From assembly GCA_002104945.1 (NCBI GenBank), contig MCFH01000021.1, positions 372,001-436,000 on the forward strand: 64,000 nt of DNA, in the 5' to 3' direction. The notes under the pieces are model-generated. The model saw only the letters and a program-made list of their open reading frames with translations. It had not been told where the DNA came from and made no database searches. How positions within the stretch are numbered: position 1 is the first letter of the stretch; every line of letters begins with the position of its first letter. Positions 12,630 through 25,600 of the stretch are shown here, piece after piece. The DNA comes from Piromyces finnis finn (Eukaryota; Fungi; Neocallimastigomycota). A program made the position numbers and the translations under genes.

Positions 12630-12953
12630 ATAATATTGTTAATTTGAAAATTGTATTAATAAAATTATGTTAGTATAAAAATAATTTTAAAGTATTTTGT
12701 TTGATATTTTTAGTTTGAAATTTTGTAATTAATGAAATTATTGGAAAAAATTTTTTTTAAATAATATTAAACTTATTCACTGAAGAGATAAATAATAATA
12801 GGTTTATTCATACACACACATTTACATTATTTTTTTATAATCTTATTTTTATTTATTTAATTTTTTTTTAACTAATGTTTTTTATATTATTAATTTATAT
12901 ATATTATATATAATTATCAATGTTTTATTTTTATATTTTTTATAAAAAGTTAT

Positions 12954-14483
12954 TTAAGACCATTCCAATTCATCCGCTTCAACAATTCTTCCTACCGGTA
13001 TTATACTTTCTTTTTTCACATCTCTTGGAAGCGCCTTTCTCATATCTATTTTAATTATAATAGAATAGGATTTAATATATATATTAATATCATTCTTATG
13101 ATTTATTATTATTAAAATAATATTATTTAAATAATATTATTGAAAATTGTTTGAAGAGATAATCATTCTTATAATATTTAGACTACTTGTGTAATATATT
13201 TTAGTTGATATTTTACCATAAGCATCCTCCTCATTCGGTCCCATATAGTAATTCCGTATCTGTCGATAAACGGAATAACCAAACTTTTTATACATGTTAA
13301 TAGCAACAGCATTTGAAACTCTTACGAATAAATCAACAAAGTAGGTATTATAGCTAATTTAAATTAATTAAATTATATTGAATTTATATAATATGAATAT
13401 AATATATATCAATTTAATTTCTTTTCAATATATTAGATTATTTTTAGTGTTATTTTTTAATTTGTACACTTTTTCTGAAACTTCTTCAAGTAATTTCATC
13501 ATACGAGTAGCTAAACCAATGTGACGGTATTCTGGGGCAACAGTAACAGCTGTAACGTGTCCGTGCCATAATTTATCCTTTCCTTCAGCTTTTCCTAAAA
13601 CTATTAATTAATATATAATATGCAAATTATAATTTTGATTTATTATTATATATAAATATTAAACATAAACATTTTTATTGTTAATATTCTTTTATTACTA
13701 CTTTTATTTTAAATTATAAAATTGTAAATATATCAATATATAATTTTGGCATTATTAAATATATTAAACTTACTGTAACCCATTTTAGTTCCATTTGGTG
13801 ATTCTGCCATGGCGCAGTAATCAGGCCAACGAACAAGATAACTGAAGTAGAACTTTAAATTATACTATATATATAATGAATCGAATATTTAAAATATTTA
13901 TTAAAATGTTCCAATAATAATGAATATTTTAAAGAATAAAAAAAAATAATGATATTATTAATATTTAACAAATAATTTATATTAATATTTACAGTTTCAG
14001 TTAAAGGATCTAAATTTCTTTATTTTATAATAATAATAAGTATAAAAAGAGGAGAAAATAGAATTGTTGAAACAGTATCATTTTGAATTCAAAAGTAGGG
14101 AAAAATTGAAATTAATTTCAGATTGATTAATTTCCAAAGAACAATATTTATTTAAAAAATAAAATAAAATAGAATAAACAATTAAATGTTAATAATGCTA
14201 TGAATAATATTTGTTTTAAATTTAAATTAATATCCTGATATTGATTTTTATTAAAAAAAATAATTATAATTGAATTTATAATTATTACATCTTAATTTTT
14301 AATTTATATATATATTGTATTTTTTAATAATATATAAATTATAAATTGTATTTGTATATTGAATATGAATCTTTTATAAATAAAATTGTTTAATTATTAT
14401 AAATACTTAAATAGTTATTTAAACCCTTACACATTGTTAAATGTAAAAATATCATCGGCAACAAAACGTCTCATAGAAGCCAT
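12954..14483 (-). CDS. NAA20: NatB N-terminal acetyltransferase catalytic subunit (6 exons)
   Basis: Spliced translation MASMRRFVADDIFTFNNVNLDPLTETYNLKFYFSYLVRWPDY..MGYILGKAEG..WHGHVTAVTVAPEYRHIGLA..FVDLFVRVSNAVAINMYKKFGYSVYR..EEDAYDMRKALPRD. All junctions are GT-AG and in phase. Confidence 0.95.
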
Positions 14484-14778
14484 TTTGTTAATATTTATTA
14501 TTACTACGTAAAAATAAAATGATTTATTAAAAAAAATATTTTTATATATTTTTATAGAGAAATTTTATTATTTTTTAATTTAGTGACCCAATAAAATTTT
14601 TTTGATTTAAATATGAACTAAAGTATTAATAAAATAATAATAAATATTAATTTTTTGGATTTAAAAGAAATAAAATTTTATACAGTTTTGAAAAAAATAA
14701 TTTTATGTATTTATATATATTTAGAAACTTTATTAAAAATGATGATACATATACTCGCACTAAAAAAATAAAGGTATT

Positions 14779-15686
14779 TTAATCTAAAATAACAACCTCT
14801 TCTTTATCTTCATCATCTACAATATCAACAGAAATAACTTTTTGTTTTTTGTTACTATTATTATCATTAACATCATCAGCATGTTCTTTACGTTTATTAC
14901 TACTATTTTCTGGTATATCTTGCTTTTCTGGTGGTAAGATATATGATATTGAATTTTTGTCACCTTCTAAGATATATTCTTTATCAAAAGAACTATTATA
15001 TGATATATAATATATGATAAATAATAAATATGATCATTAGCATAATTATATATATTAGATATTAGATATTTTACATAGAAAAAAAAAAAAAAACTTTTAC
15101 CTATTATTAATTACGTATATCATTACATTATACATTTTATCATCATCATCACATGTAACATTTAAACATTTTCCATCTTCAATTTTTACTTTGGAAAAAG
15201 TATCATTTAATTTATCATCAAAATCGAAATCATAAAGAATTCTTTTAACATTAACAAAATTAAGATTTTATTGAAAAAAGAGTATTAATAATTAGGGAAT
15301 GAATTTATTTTTATAATATAAACCTTTTATTAAAATAAGTTTAAAATACTTTTAATACATACCTTTGATCTTCACAAATTGTAATGTCACCATTTAATGC
15401 TAATCCATTTTTATCTTTTGGACTCATCAATACCTTATTAAGTAAATCATTTAATGTAAACTTTTCTATATTTACTGTTAATACAAAATAAGATTTTCTA
15501 CAAACAGCACATCTTGGATTTGGTTTTGACAAAAATTCATTGACAAATACATTTGAAGAATCACGAGTAAGGAAAATCTATTGTATTATTTAATAATATC
15601 AATAATAATAAAATGTTAATAATATGTACATATTCAATATTTTCTTTGATATTTTTATTAAATAAATAAATAAATCAATAAATCAA

Positions 15687-15721
<35 letters not shown>

Positions 15722-18055
15722 AATCGCCATTTTTAATAAATAAAAAAAAAAAGACATTTACTGTGTTACAATCTTCTAATTGATTGTTAAGAATTTTATA
15801 GGCATCCATTATAATGACACCAGAAATAATTGCATTTGTTGTTGCGATAGATGGTATAATATTTCCGGCAATTTCTTTAATTTTAAATCTATTTAATTGC
15901 TCAATGTGGAAGATATGGGCTCTGATGTTTGCAGTAGCAGCGACAAATTTCATAATGACATCATCATCTTTTTCAAAAGACATACTAAAATCTGGGTCAA
16001 CTTCTTTTCCTTTTAATTGTCTTTGAACAAGAATTTCAAAGCTTTATTAAATGCATATTATAAAATAGGATATTTATTATTGTTGTTATTGAAACATTTA
16101 ATATTTTATACAAAAGAAAGTATAATGAAAAAACTATTTAAATATACGAAAAATATACCAATTTTTAAATATATTTATATTTTCTTCAAGAGTGTAAATT
16201 TTTTGGTTATCTTTTGTTTTACTATCATTATTGTTATTATCCATTTCCATATTAATTTCTAATGCTTTTTTATATTGTTCATTATCAATTGGTTTTGGCT
16301 TGGTTCTAGTTTTCCAAAGATTTTCCATTCTTAATAATCTTAATATATCTAAATTAAATATCTTTTTCAAATAATACCATATTAACAAAAAGGTTGAAAT
16401 TAATATTATACAATGCATTGAAATAAATTATTTTTATGCAATATATTAACTTTTAAATATACCTTTTCAAAAACTTTTTCTGAATATTCTGGTTTTCCAG
16501 CTAATTTAAATAATTCTTTTAATGCTTGTGATTCTTTTTTGAGATTTTCAATTTCAGTATCTTTTATTTTATCATGTATGTGTGAATAATGGTGTGAAAA
16601 ATAAAAAATCATGGTTATTTTTAAATTCAAAATATTCTATATTTATTCATTAATGGTTTATTTAATTTAAAAATATTTTGTATTACTATTTTCTTCGGTT
16701 ACTTCATCATTAATTTCATTGTTATCTTCAGATTTTCCAAAAAGTTCACTATTTAATATTTATTATTGAATCATAATATATTAATTATTAATTATATTTT
16801 TCATTGATATGAAAAAATATAGTAAATTTTAAACGGAGCTGATAGTATATTATGATTATAATTATATAAATTTAAAAAATAAAAAACTTTAAATATGTAC
16901 GCAAATAAATAATTTTTAGCCCAAACAATACAATGAATTGGCGTATTTGGAGTTGAACGAATAGTACATATAGGAAAAGTTTTTGGTGTTGGCTTTGGCT
17001 GACATTCATAGCATTCAGTGACATTCTTTTTGATTACAGTAGATTGACCAGTATAACCAGATGTACCAGATTCAATTAAAGGTACATTTGCTGCTAAACA
17101 CATTGTATTTACATGACGTCTTGCATCTTTTATAGCAATATATAAATATTTATAATATAATCATATATATACCAATACATAAATTAATGATTGTAATTAG
17201 AAATGTATGCATTATTTAAAATTGTAAATTATTTTTGAATTAAAAAATATTAACATTTTTAAATTCATTATATAAATATAATTAATAATACCTAAATTAT
17301 CCAAAGCATTCATAACAATATCAAATGATTTGAACCATTTAATGTTAAATTGTGGATCTTTGATATTATCATGATGAGCAATTATATTAACATTTGGATT
17401 GAATTCTAAGGCAGATTGTCTAGCTACCTTTTTTGTACATTGATTAATTGAAAAATGATAATGTTATTCATATTATATTGAAAGTGAAATAATAAAAGAA
17501 AAAAAAAAGTGAGGATAAGAACAAATAAAGAATATTGAAATGGATGATAAATTAAAATGAATTTTCTTTTTTTTTTCTTAATTTTATTTCTTAATGAAAT
17601 TTACTTTTGATTTTGATTTTCCAATATGTTGCTTTTGAAATAAAAATTGTCTATTTAAATTTGAAAGGTCAATAGTATCAAGATCAATCTGGTTTAAAAA
17701 AAGATAAGAGGTATGTAAAATAATAATAATAAAAAATTTAGTATTCACATTGTAATAAATGAGGTTTAGAATGATTTTTAAAAGTATTTTATTATTTAAG
17801 CAATAAAATTATATATATATATATATATATATTTCTTTTTCTTTTCTTTCTTTCTTTTTTTTTTTCAAAAAAAAAAAGTACTAATCATTTTCACAAAAAT
17901 CTTACAATTTCAATATTTTTGAAACCACCCATAACCAAGTTTTTCAAAAGTTCACAACCGATACCTCCGGATCCTACCATTAAAATTCTTGAATTTTCAA
18001 CTTTATCAAAAAGTTTTTTTCCAAGAACTTGTTTTAAATTTGAAAGTCTTTCCAT
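14779..18055 (-). CDS. UBA2: SUMO-activating enzyme E1 subunit 2 (multi-exon)
   Basis: Motifs [51 protein letters not shown], catalytic [24 protein letters not shown] and PNPRCAVC. Acidic tail ends VVILD*. Confidence 0.95.
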
Positions 18056-19017
18056 TTTTTCTTAATATATATGTATATTTAATACTTTAAAGTGTATATA
18101 TAATAGTATAGAAAAGACTTGTATTTATTTCAAATGTAAATCTTAAAATAAAATAAATTTTTTATAGCAAATAAAAAATTTAGTTGATTTATTATAACTA
18201 AATAAATAAATGAACGATTTTTGTAAATAAATAAATTAAAAAATTTATTTAAATGTGATGATCAATGAAAAAAGAAATGATTTTTTGTTATTTGTTATAT
18301 ACAAAAAATAATTAAATAAAGACTTTTTTAATTGATACTTTTTTTTTTTTTAAAAAAAAAAAAAAAACATTTATATATAAATTGAATAAAAAGGAAAAAA
18401 TAAATTCTAATAAAATCTTAATAAATAAAAAAAAACTTTTGAAAATTATCATAATAGTTAGAGTATTTTTAGGATACTAAACTAATAACATCACTAATAA
18501 CATAATAACATTCAAATTTGTTTTTTAATCCAATAAAAGATAAAAATGAAAGTACTATTATTAAAGCACTGATTTATTTAGAAAGTGGTATTATTGTTTA
18601 TTTATATTTTATAGGTTTTATATTTATTTTATATAATAATTATTGAGAATAATAATAATAATGATAATAATTAAAAAGAAAAGTCTTTTTGTATTAATTT
18701 TTTGGTTTTTGCAAAGTAAAATATATATCTTTTTATTATTATTATCATTACTAATATTAAAATATATTTATTTTTTTTATATATGTATATATTTAATTTT
18801 TATTTATTTTATTCTATTTTATTTTTATCATTTTCTTTCTTTTTTTTTTTTAAAAAAAAAAATAATAATAATAATAATAATTAATATATAAAGTTAAATA
18901 ATAAATTCACTAAAATAAAATAAAAGTATACATAAGTTCATTGACAATCATTATATCAATGAAATAAGATTTTATAATACAAATTTAAAAATTATTTTAC
19001 TGTAAAAGTATTTCAAA

Positions 19018-19052
<35 letters not shown>

Positions 19053-19112
19053 AAATTATGAAATACGATAGGATTACGCTTTTACGATTTTATAGTAATT
19101 TTTGTTAATAAA

Positions 19113-20332
19113 TTATATTAAATTAATTATTTGGATGAGAAACTTTTTGTTATAAATATTTATATATATATATATATATATCGAAATGATATTTATATAA
19201 TTAGAAATATATAATTAATGAATATATAAATTATAATATTATTAAATATTACTTCTTCATAACTCAAATATACTAATCCTTTCTATATTATATAAAATAT
19301 TGTAATAAAGTAATGTTAATAAATATAATATTATCACTGTAAATAAAATATTATTATATAAATGTCAAATTACTTTATTGATATCCTGTTTTCTAAAAGC
19401 ATCTGTGATACTATTTAATGATATACATATGTTAATGAATTGATCGAAATTAATAGTTTTACCATCGACTAATTTATCAATTTATAAAAAAATATATAAT
19501 ATAATTATGAAAGTACATATTAATATTTAAATTTTTTCATTTTTATTAGTATTCTTATGGGAAGAGCAAATACTTACAATTTCTTGAATATTTCTTTAGT
19601 AATAATTGAATAATACGATCACTAATTTGAAGTTTTAATCTATATAAAGCTTCTTTTAATTCTTCAGTATCAATACTGTTATTACCATCAATATCGAATA
19701 AATTAAACATTTTTCTCCATCTATCAATATATATCATCATTGCATGAAATTCATTTAAATTTAACGTATCAGTATTTCTGGAATTTATCATTCTAATCAT
19801 TAACATAATGGTTTGATAACTAAAATGAGAATTATCAGCTATTAATTATTAATTATAATAATTAATATTATTATTGTTATTAATTTATTTATTTTATAAT
19901 ATATGAATTACATTTTTTAATAAATATTTTTAAAAAGATATTATATTTTTTTTGTTGTTAATTTTATGTTTTCAAAGGAATGAATGAAAAAATATAAAAT
20001 ATTATTTGTATAAAAATACCATTTTTTAATGCTTGTCTTAATTCTTCAACTGATAATTCGCCGGAACCAGTACTACAGTTAATAAAAATAAAGCATTTGT
20101 TATTAATTTAATTTTAACTTTAAAAGGAATTTATAAAACTTTTTTTTTTCTCATTTATTAAAAACAACATTTACGTATTAACAGCTAGAAACCATTGTTT
20201 TACTTCCTCTGTGAAAATTTATATTTATATATATATGTATATTTAAAAATTTTGTTTAAAAAATTAAAAGAAACTCGGTTGTTTATTTGTTAATATACCA
20301 TCAGTATGATTCCAATCACTTTTAGATGCCAT
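19113..20332 (-). CDS. Penta-EF-hand calcium-binding protein (ALG-2/Pef1-like), 7 exons
   Basis: Spliced MASKSDWNHTDEEVKQWFLAVNTTGSGELSVEELRQAL..WRKMFNLFDIDGNNSIDTEELKEAL..INFDQFINICISL..TDAFRKQDINKKGLVYLSYEEFL, the typical five-EF-hand layout. Confidence 0.8.
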
Positions 20333-21643
20333 TATTTATATATATACTTTATTGGAAAAATAATTTAAAACAGCAAAATATAAAATTTGAAAATAAAAAT
20401 AAATAGAATTTTTGAATTATTACTTTATGAATTTATTTATTTTTTTATTTTATTTTAAAAAAAAAAATTAAAAAAAAAAAAAATTTTAAAATAAAAATTA
20501 ATATTGTAATTATTAAAATTTGAGATTATTAAAAAATAATATTACTTACAAACTTTATTTAATATTAAATTTATTTATATAATAAATTATAATTAAGTTG
20601 TTAAAAAAAATCGATTTATTAAAAAAGATTAATTACTGTATAACATTTATACTATATTTTATTTGTTAAAAAAAAAAAAAAAGATAATATTCATGTTTTA
20701 AATTCAAATGCATTAAGACAAATTCATAAATTATTGGTATATGCTTTTTTATATTCTAATATTAATTAATAATCCAATTTATAAATATTTGAAAATATGA
20801 ATATTCCATTTTTCTACTGAATCTCAACTTTTTTATATTATTTTTCAAAAATTTACTAATAAAAAAAAAAAATAAAAATAAAATATTAAAGATAAAACAT
20901 AAAATGCTAATTTGGATGAGGCAGTACAATATATTTATGCTTAATTAAATTTATATATATTGATGTTAGTTTTGGATGTTTAGAATAATGCTTTGATAAG
21001 TTGAAAACTCAAAATTCTAATGGCTAAATAATTAAATTCATGGAGAGAACTGAATTATATGCCTTTGAAAGATTTAAAAAAAAAAGGTTGATATATATTA
21101 TTTAATATATATGTTTCTTTACTATCTAAATGATGAATATGGTCTTGAACTGAAATAAATACCTATATATTAAATAATACCATAAGAATGAATGCAATGA
21201 CTAAGCAAACACAGACGTTCTTAAATTTATTCATACAATTTATCATCTTTAAACATTCTTTTTTGAGTTGATTTTGTATTTTTTTTATTTATTAAATATT
21301 TTTTTAAATATTTCAATATATATACAAATTTATTATATACATATATTAAACTATTATTAATTAGTATATAATAAAATATAATATTAAAATAATAATATTT
21401 ATTTATTATTATTTTATTTTATTTTTCTTTTTTTTTTAAAAAAAAAAAAAAAGAAAAAGAAATTAATAAATATGTATTAAAGAGTCGACCTTTACTATAA
21501 TACTTATTTATTTTTAGTATATTAATTTCTTTATTATGATTTAATTAATATAATTAAATTGCAATTGCCATTTTGTTTTTTTTGTTTTTTTCTACATTAA
21601 TTTAAATGCCTTGAGATGGTTCAGCCACTTTTATTTATTTCAT

Positions 21644-21908
21644 TTATTCTGGCTTAAAGGTTTTGAATTTTGCTAACTTTTCGTCATCAATAGAAACAAA
21701 TTCACCATTTAATTCCATTGGGAATTCATTTTCTGGAATAGCTAAGTTGAAAATAACAGAAGCTGGTTCCTTTGGATCCTTTAATTCCTTGTTCTTTTCA
21801 TAATTCTTGAATTTTTCAATATCTTCCTTAGTGAAACCATTCTTCATTTGTTTTCTGATTTCTTCCTATTTATTTTAATAATATTTTTTATCTATTATTT
21901 AGTTTTTC

Positions 21909-21952
<44 letters not shown>

Positions 21953-22666
21953 TTATTTATTTTAAATATTATTATCTAATTTAATTTTATTATATTTTTT
22001 AATAATAAAATCAACTTACTTGCATGCCGGTGTTGACAACACCTGGTCTGAGAGCAATAGTCTTAATGTCAGATTGTTCTAAAGATAAAACCTTAGCAAA
22101 CATGTTGACACAAGCTTTTTTATTTTAAGAATATATTATTTATTATTATTAGTACACATGGTTTAACTATATTTTTGAAAAGAAAAAAAGTATATATATT
22201 TACCCTTGGTACAACAGTAAATAGACCAACCATTTTTAGCATTAACAGCAGCACCAGAAGAAAGCATAATAACACGACCCTTAGCCTTCTTTAAGTATGG
22301 AATAGCTCTTTGAGCTAAATCGACCATACTGAAGAAGTTAATATCAAAAACAGCTCTCCAGACATCAGCATCAATTTTGTCAATTGGAGCAATTGGAGCA
22401 ATTCCAACATTAAGAATAAGAGCGTTAAGCTTACCACCCTTTTCTTCAATAGTTCTAATGACCATTTTACTAATTTCTGGATCTTCTACTTTACCGCAGA
22501 AGTGAGCAATCTTTGAAGTATTAGCATTTAAAATTTTACTTAATTCTTCTGGAATAGTTCTGGAAACAGAGATAATGTAACCTGGAACTTCAACTAAGTA
22601 TTTTAAAGTTTCTAAACCAATACCTTTAGAGGCACCAGTAATAACGTAGATTGGTTCACTTGGCAT
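21644..22666 (-). CDS. Classical short-chain dehydrogenase/reductase (3 exons)
   Basis: TGASKGIG Rossmann motif, LSSGAA, catalytic YCCTK (YxxxK), and ALRPGVVNTGMQ in exon 2 (~22019-22114). The last exon ends at 21644. Confidence 0.9.
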
Positions 22667-25600
22667 TTTTTCTATATTTTCAATTTAAATAAAATTATTT
22701 AAATTTATTGATTTATAAATTTGTTAGGATTAACAAAAAAAAAAAATAATAAATAAAATGGTATAAAAAATTTTCTTTTATTTAAAAATTTAAGCTTGGC
22801 AAGACATTGTTGATTTAATTTAAATAGTTTAATTATTAAATTTTTATATTTAAAAATTTTTACTATTTCAAGATATTAAACTTTTAAATTATTATGTTGA
22901 AAAAAGAGGCTGAATTTATATAATATATTAAAATATACTTTATATATGCAAAGTAAGTAAATACATTTATGAAAAATAAATTAATACACAAATAAATATC
23001 AAAAACTAACATGAAGATGTAATATATAAACAGATAAATATAGTTTGATAGTTTGTGACAGCAAATAACAAGATAAAAGCATTAAAAGTTATGATATTTT
23101 ATTAAAATCAATAGTAAAAAAAATAATAATTAATAAATTATGAATAGTATGTATATATTTTAAATAAAAATAAATAATTAATTAAATAAAAAAAAAATAG
23201 TATAAATTTTTTATTATATTTTAAAATTAGGCACTATCAATAATTAAAATTTTATAACAGTTCCTGAATTTATTATTTATTAATTTATATTAAATATTTA
23301 TATTTAAATTAATAAAAATTATTTACAGCCACAATTATTGCCTTTTTTTTTAATTACTAGTTTTCCTCATTATTAATATATTTTTACTTCAAATACTATG
23401 TTTTCATTTTTACACTAAATGATATAATGGTTATAGTAAAATAAATAAATAATAATAAGGAATAATAAATATTAATTCATTATTTACAAAAAATATCTTT
23501 TATAATCAAACTAAAAAAAGCTAATTTAAGAGGTAAAAATAATTTAATTAAAAAATTTTTAACATAAATTATGCGTGCTATGTATTTATTTATGGGAATA
23601 AACCATAAAAATTAATCCTTTTTATAATAATTAATATTTGTAAAGAAATAATTAATGGGTAACATATAGTTGTATAAAGCCAGATCGATATTTTTTAATC
23701 ATTATATTGACTTTTTTTTCATTCTTTTCTTTTAATTACTATAATACACAAATTGTCCTAATACATTTCATCTTTGTTATTATAATTTTTTTTTATTAAT
23801 TCTATTTCTAACAATTATAATATTGTGATTCAAAGAGTTTATTCTTATAAATATGTTATGAGAGGCTAATCATTACTGAAGTAATGATAGTTAATTGCAT
23901 TAATTTACCTTTTTGAAAGGTACATTAATATAATAAATAATATGTTAAGACATATTATTACAATTAAAATAATAAATTAATAATTGACTTTGTTCATATA
24001 ATTATTTTTCAGATAGTAATAATGGCATATTATTATATATATTAGTAATATAAATTACTTTCTTCAAAATGTATTATTAGTAAAATATTTAAGAATAGAT
24101 GAGAATCTTTTTGAATTTCTTATTGTATAGAGTTAAAATCTATACTATTATTTAAGCAAAAATTAAATTATTAAATTTTAAAAGTATTAATTATGATAAA
24201 AAAATGAATACAAAATATTTTAAATATACACTTTTTTTTTTTTTTAATTTATTCTTTATAATTGTCTTTATTTATATAATATAAAATATTTTTAACAATT
24301 GGCATAATTACAATCGTCATAATAAAACGTTTTTTTTTTTCTTTTAAATCTTTCTTTTTTAAATTTTGTTATTACATAAAAGGAAGAAAAAATATTATCA
24401 CTATATTATATATTTATAAAAATACAAAGATAAAATAAATATTTTTTTATATACGTATTAATAATGAATAAATGAATTAGAATTCAACCCAAGCAATTAT
24501 TTAGGTTTTATAATATAGGATAAAGTAAAATAATAAAACAATTTTCTAACAATACATTTTATTGAAGTATTTAGGTTTATTAAATCAACTCTTTTCTTTT
24601 TTATTTGTATTGTCATTTTAATAAATAAATTTAAAAAATAAAAACATTTAATAAAGGATTAAGTTAAATTTATTTTAAATTAGATGTAGTTTAACAAAAA
24701 TATCTATGTATTACACATAAGTACATAAGAATATTGATAAAGGTTATGTTATATTATTATAAAGTCAAAGACATATTAAAAATGATATTTCTAATTAATA
24801 AGATTCTGATTATTTATTGTTGCTTAAAATCTTTTAAGGGGAATAATAGTAATACTAGTTGTACGTAATTAAAGAAAAAGTTTAATTATATATATTTTTT
24901 TCAAATATAAATCATTATTTTATTAAATATCTTCTTTTAAGGGAATTTGCATTCAACAAAGTATTTATTAATGTTAAGAAAATAGATATATGAAGATGAA
25001 TAAAATATATTTATTAAAAAAGAAGAGAATATATAATATATATTAATTAATAGAAAAGTAATAAGATAATACCATTTTTTTTTTTTAAAATTCCAAGTCA
25101 GGAGAAAAAAACATGATTATTATTGGTTACACTTACCTTACCCTACTGACTTGTCATGTTGTTTCATTAGTATTACTATTTTTGGTTGATTGTTTTAAAA
25201 CTTATTTATTTACTATTTATCATTTTGAATCAATAAACTATGACCACCAAGAATAGAATAAGCATTAACTCTAGTTTATATAATGTTTTTTTTTTCGTTA
25301 AGCTATTCTTAAAGAATCTAAAAAGAAATTTAATTCCCTTTATACCTAGAGTTTTAGAAAAATTATCAATAAATGGATAATTTAAATTAATATTTTATCA
25401 ATTTTTAACTATATTATTATTATAGTTACTTAAAAATAACTGAAACCATTCATAATTAAAGTAAGGCATTCAATTAACAAAAAAATTGCTTTTTTGAAGA
25501 CTTCTTCCAAAAAAAAAAAGGGATAGTTGAATTAATTGAATTAATTATTTAATGGAGTTACCATCTTATATAATATTATTTTATGTTTATATGGACAGGT

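Noticed and set aside
25128-25185. U1 snRNA-like start (ACTTACCT) with an Sm-like site
   Set aside because: No U1-70K loop (GATCACG) or U1A loop (ATTGCAC), and the spacing is too short. Kept only as an unassigned element.
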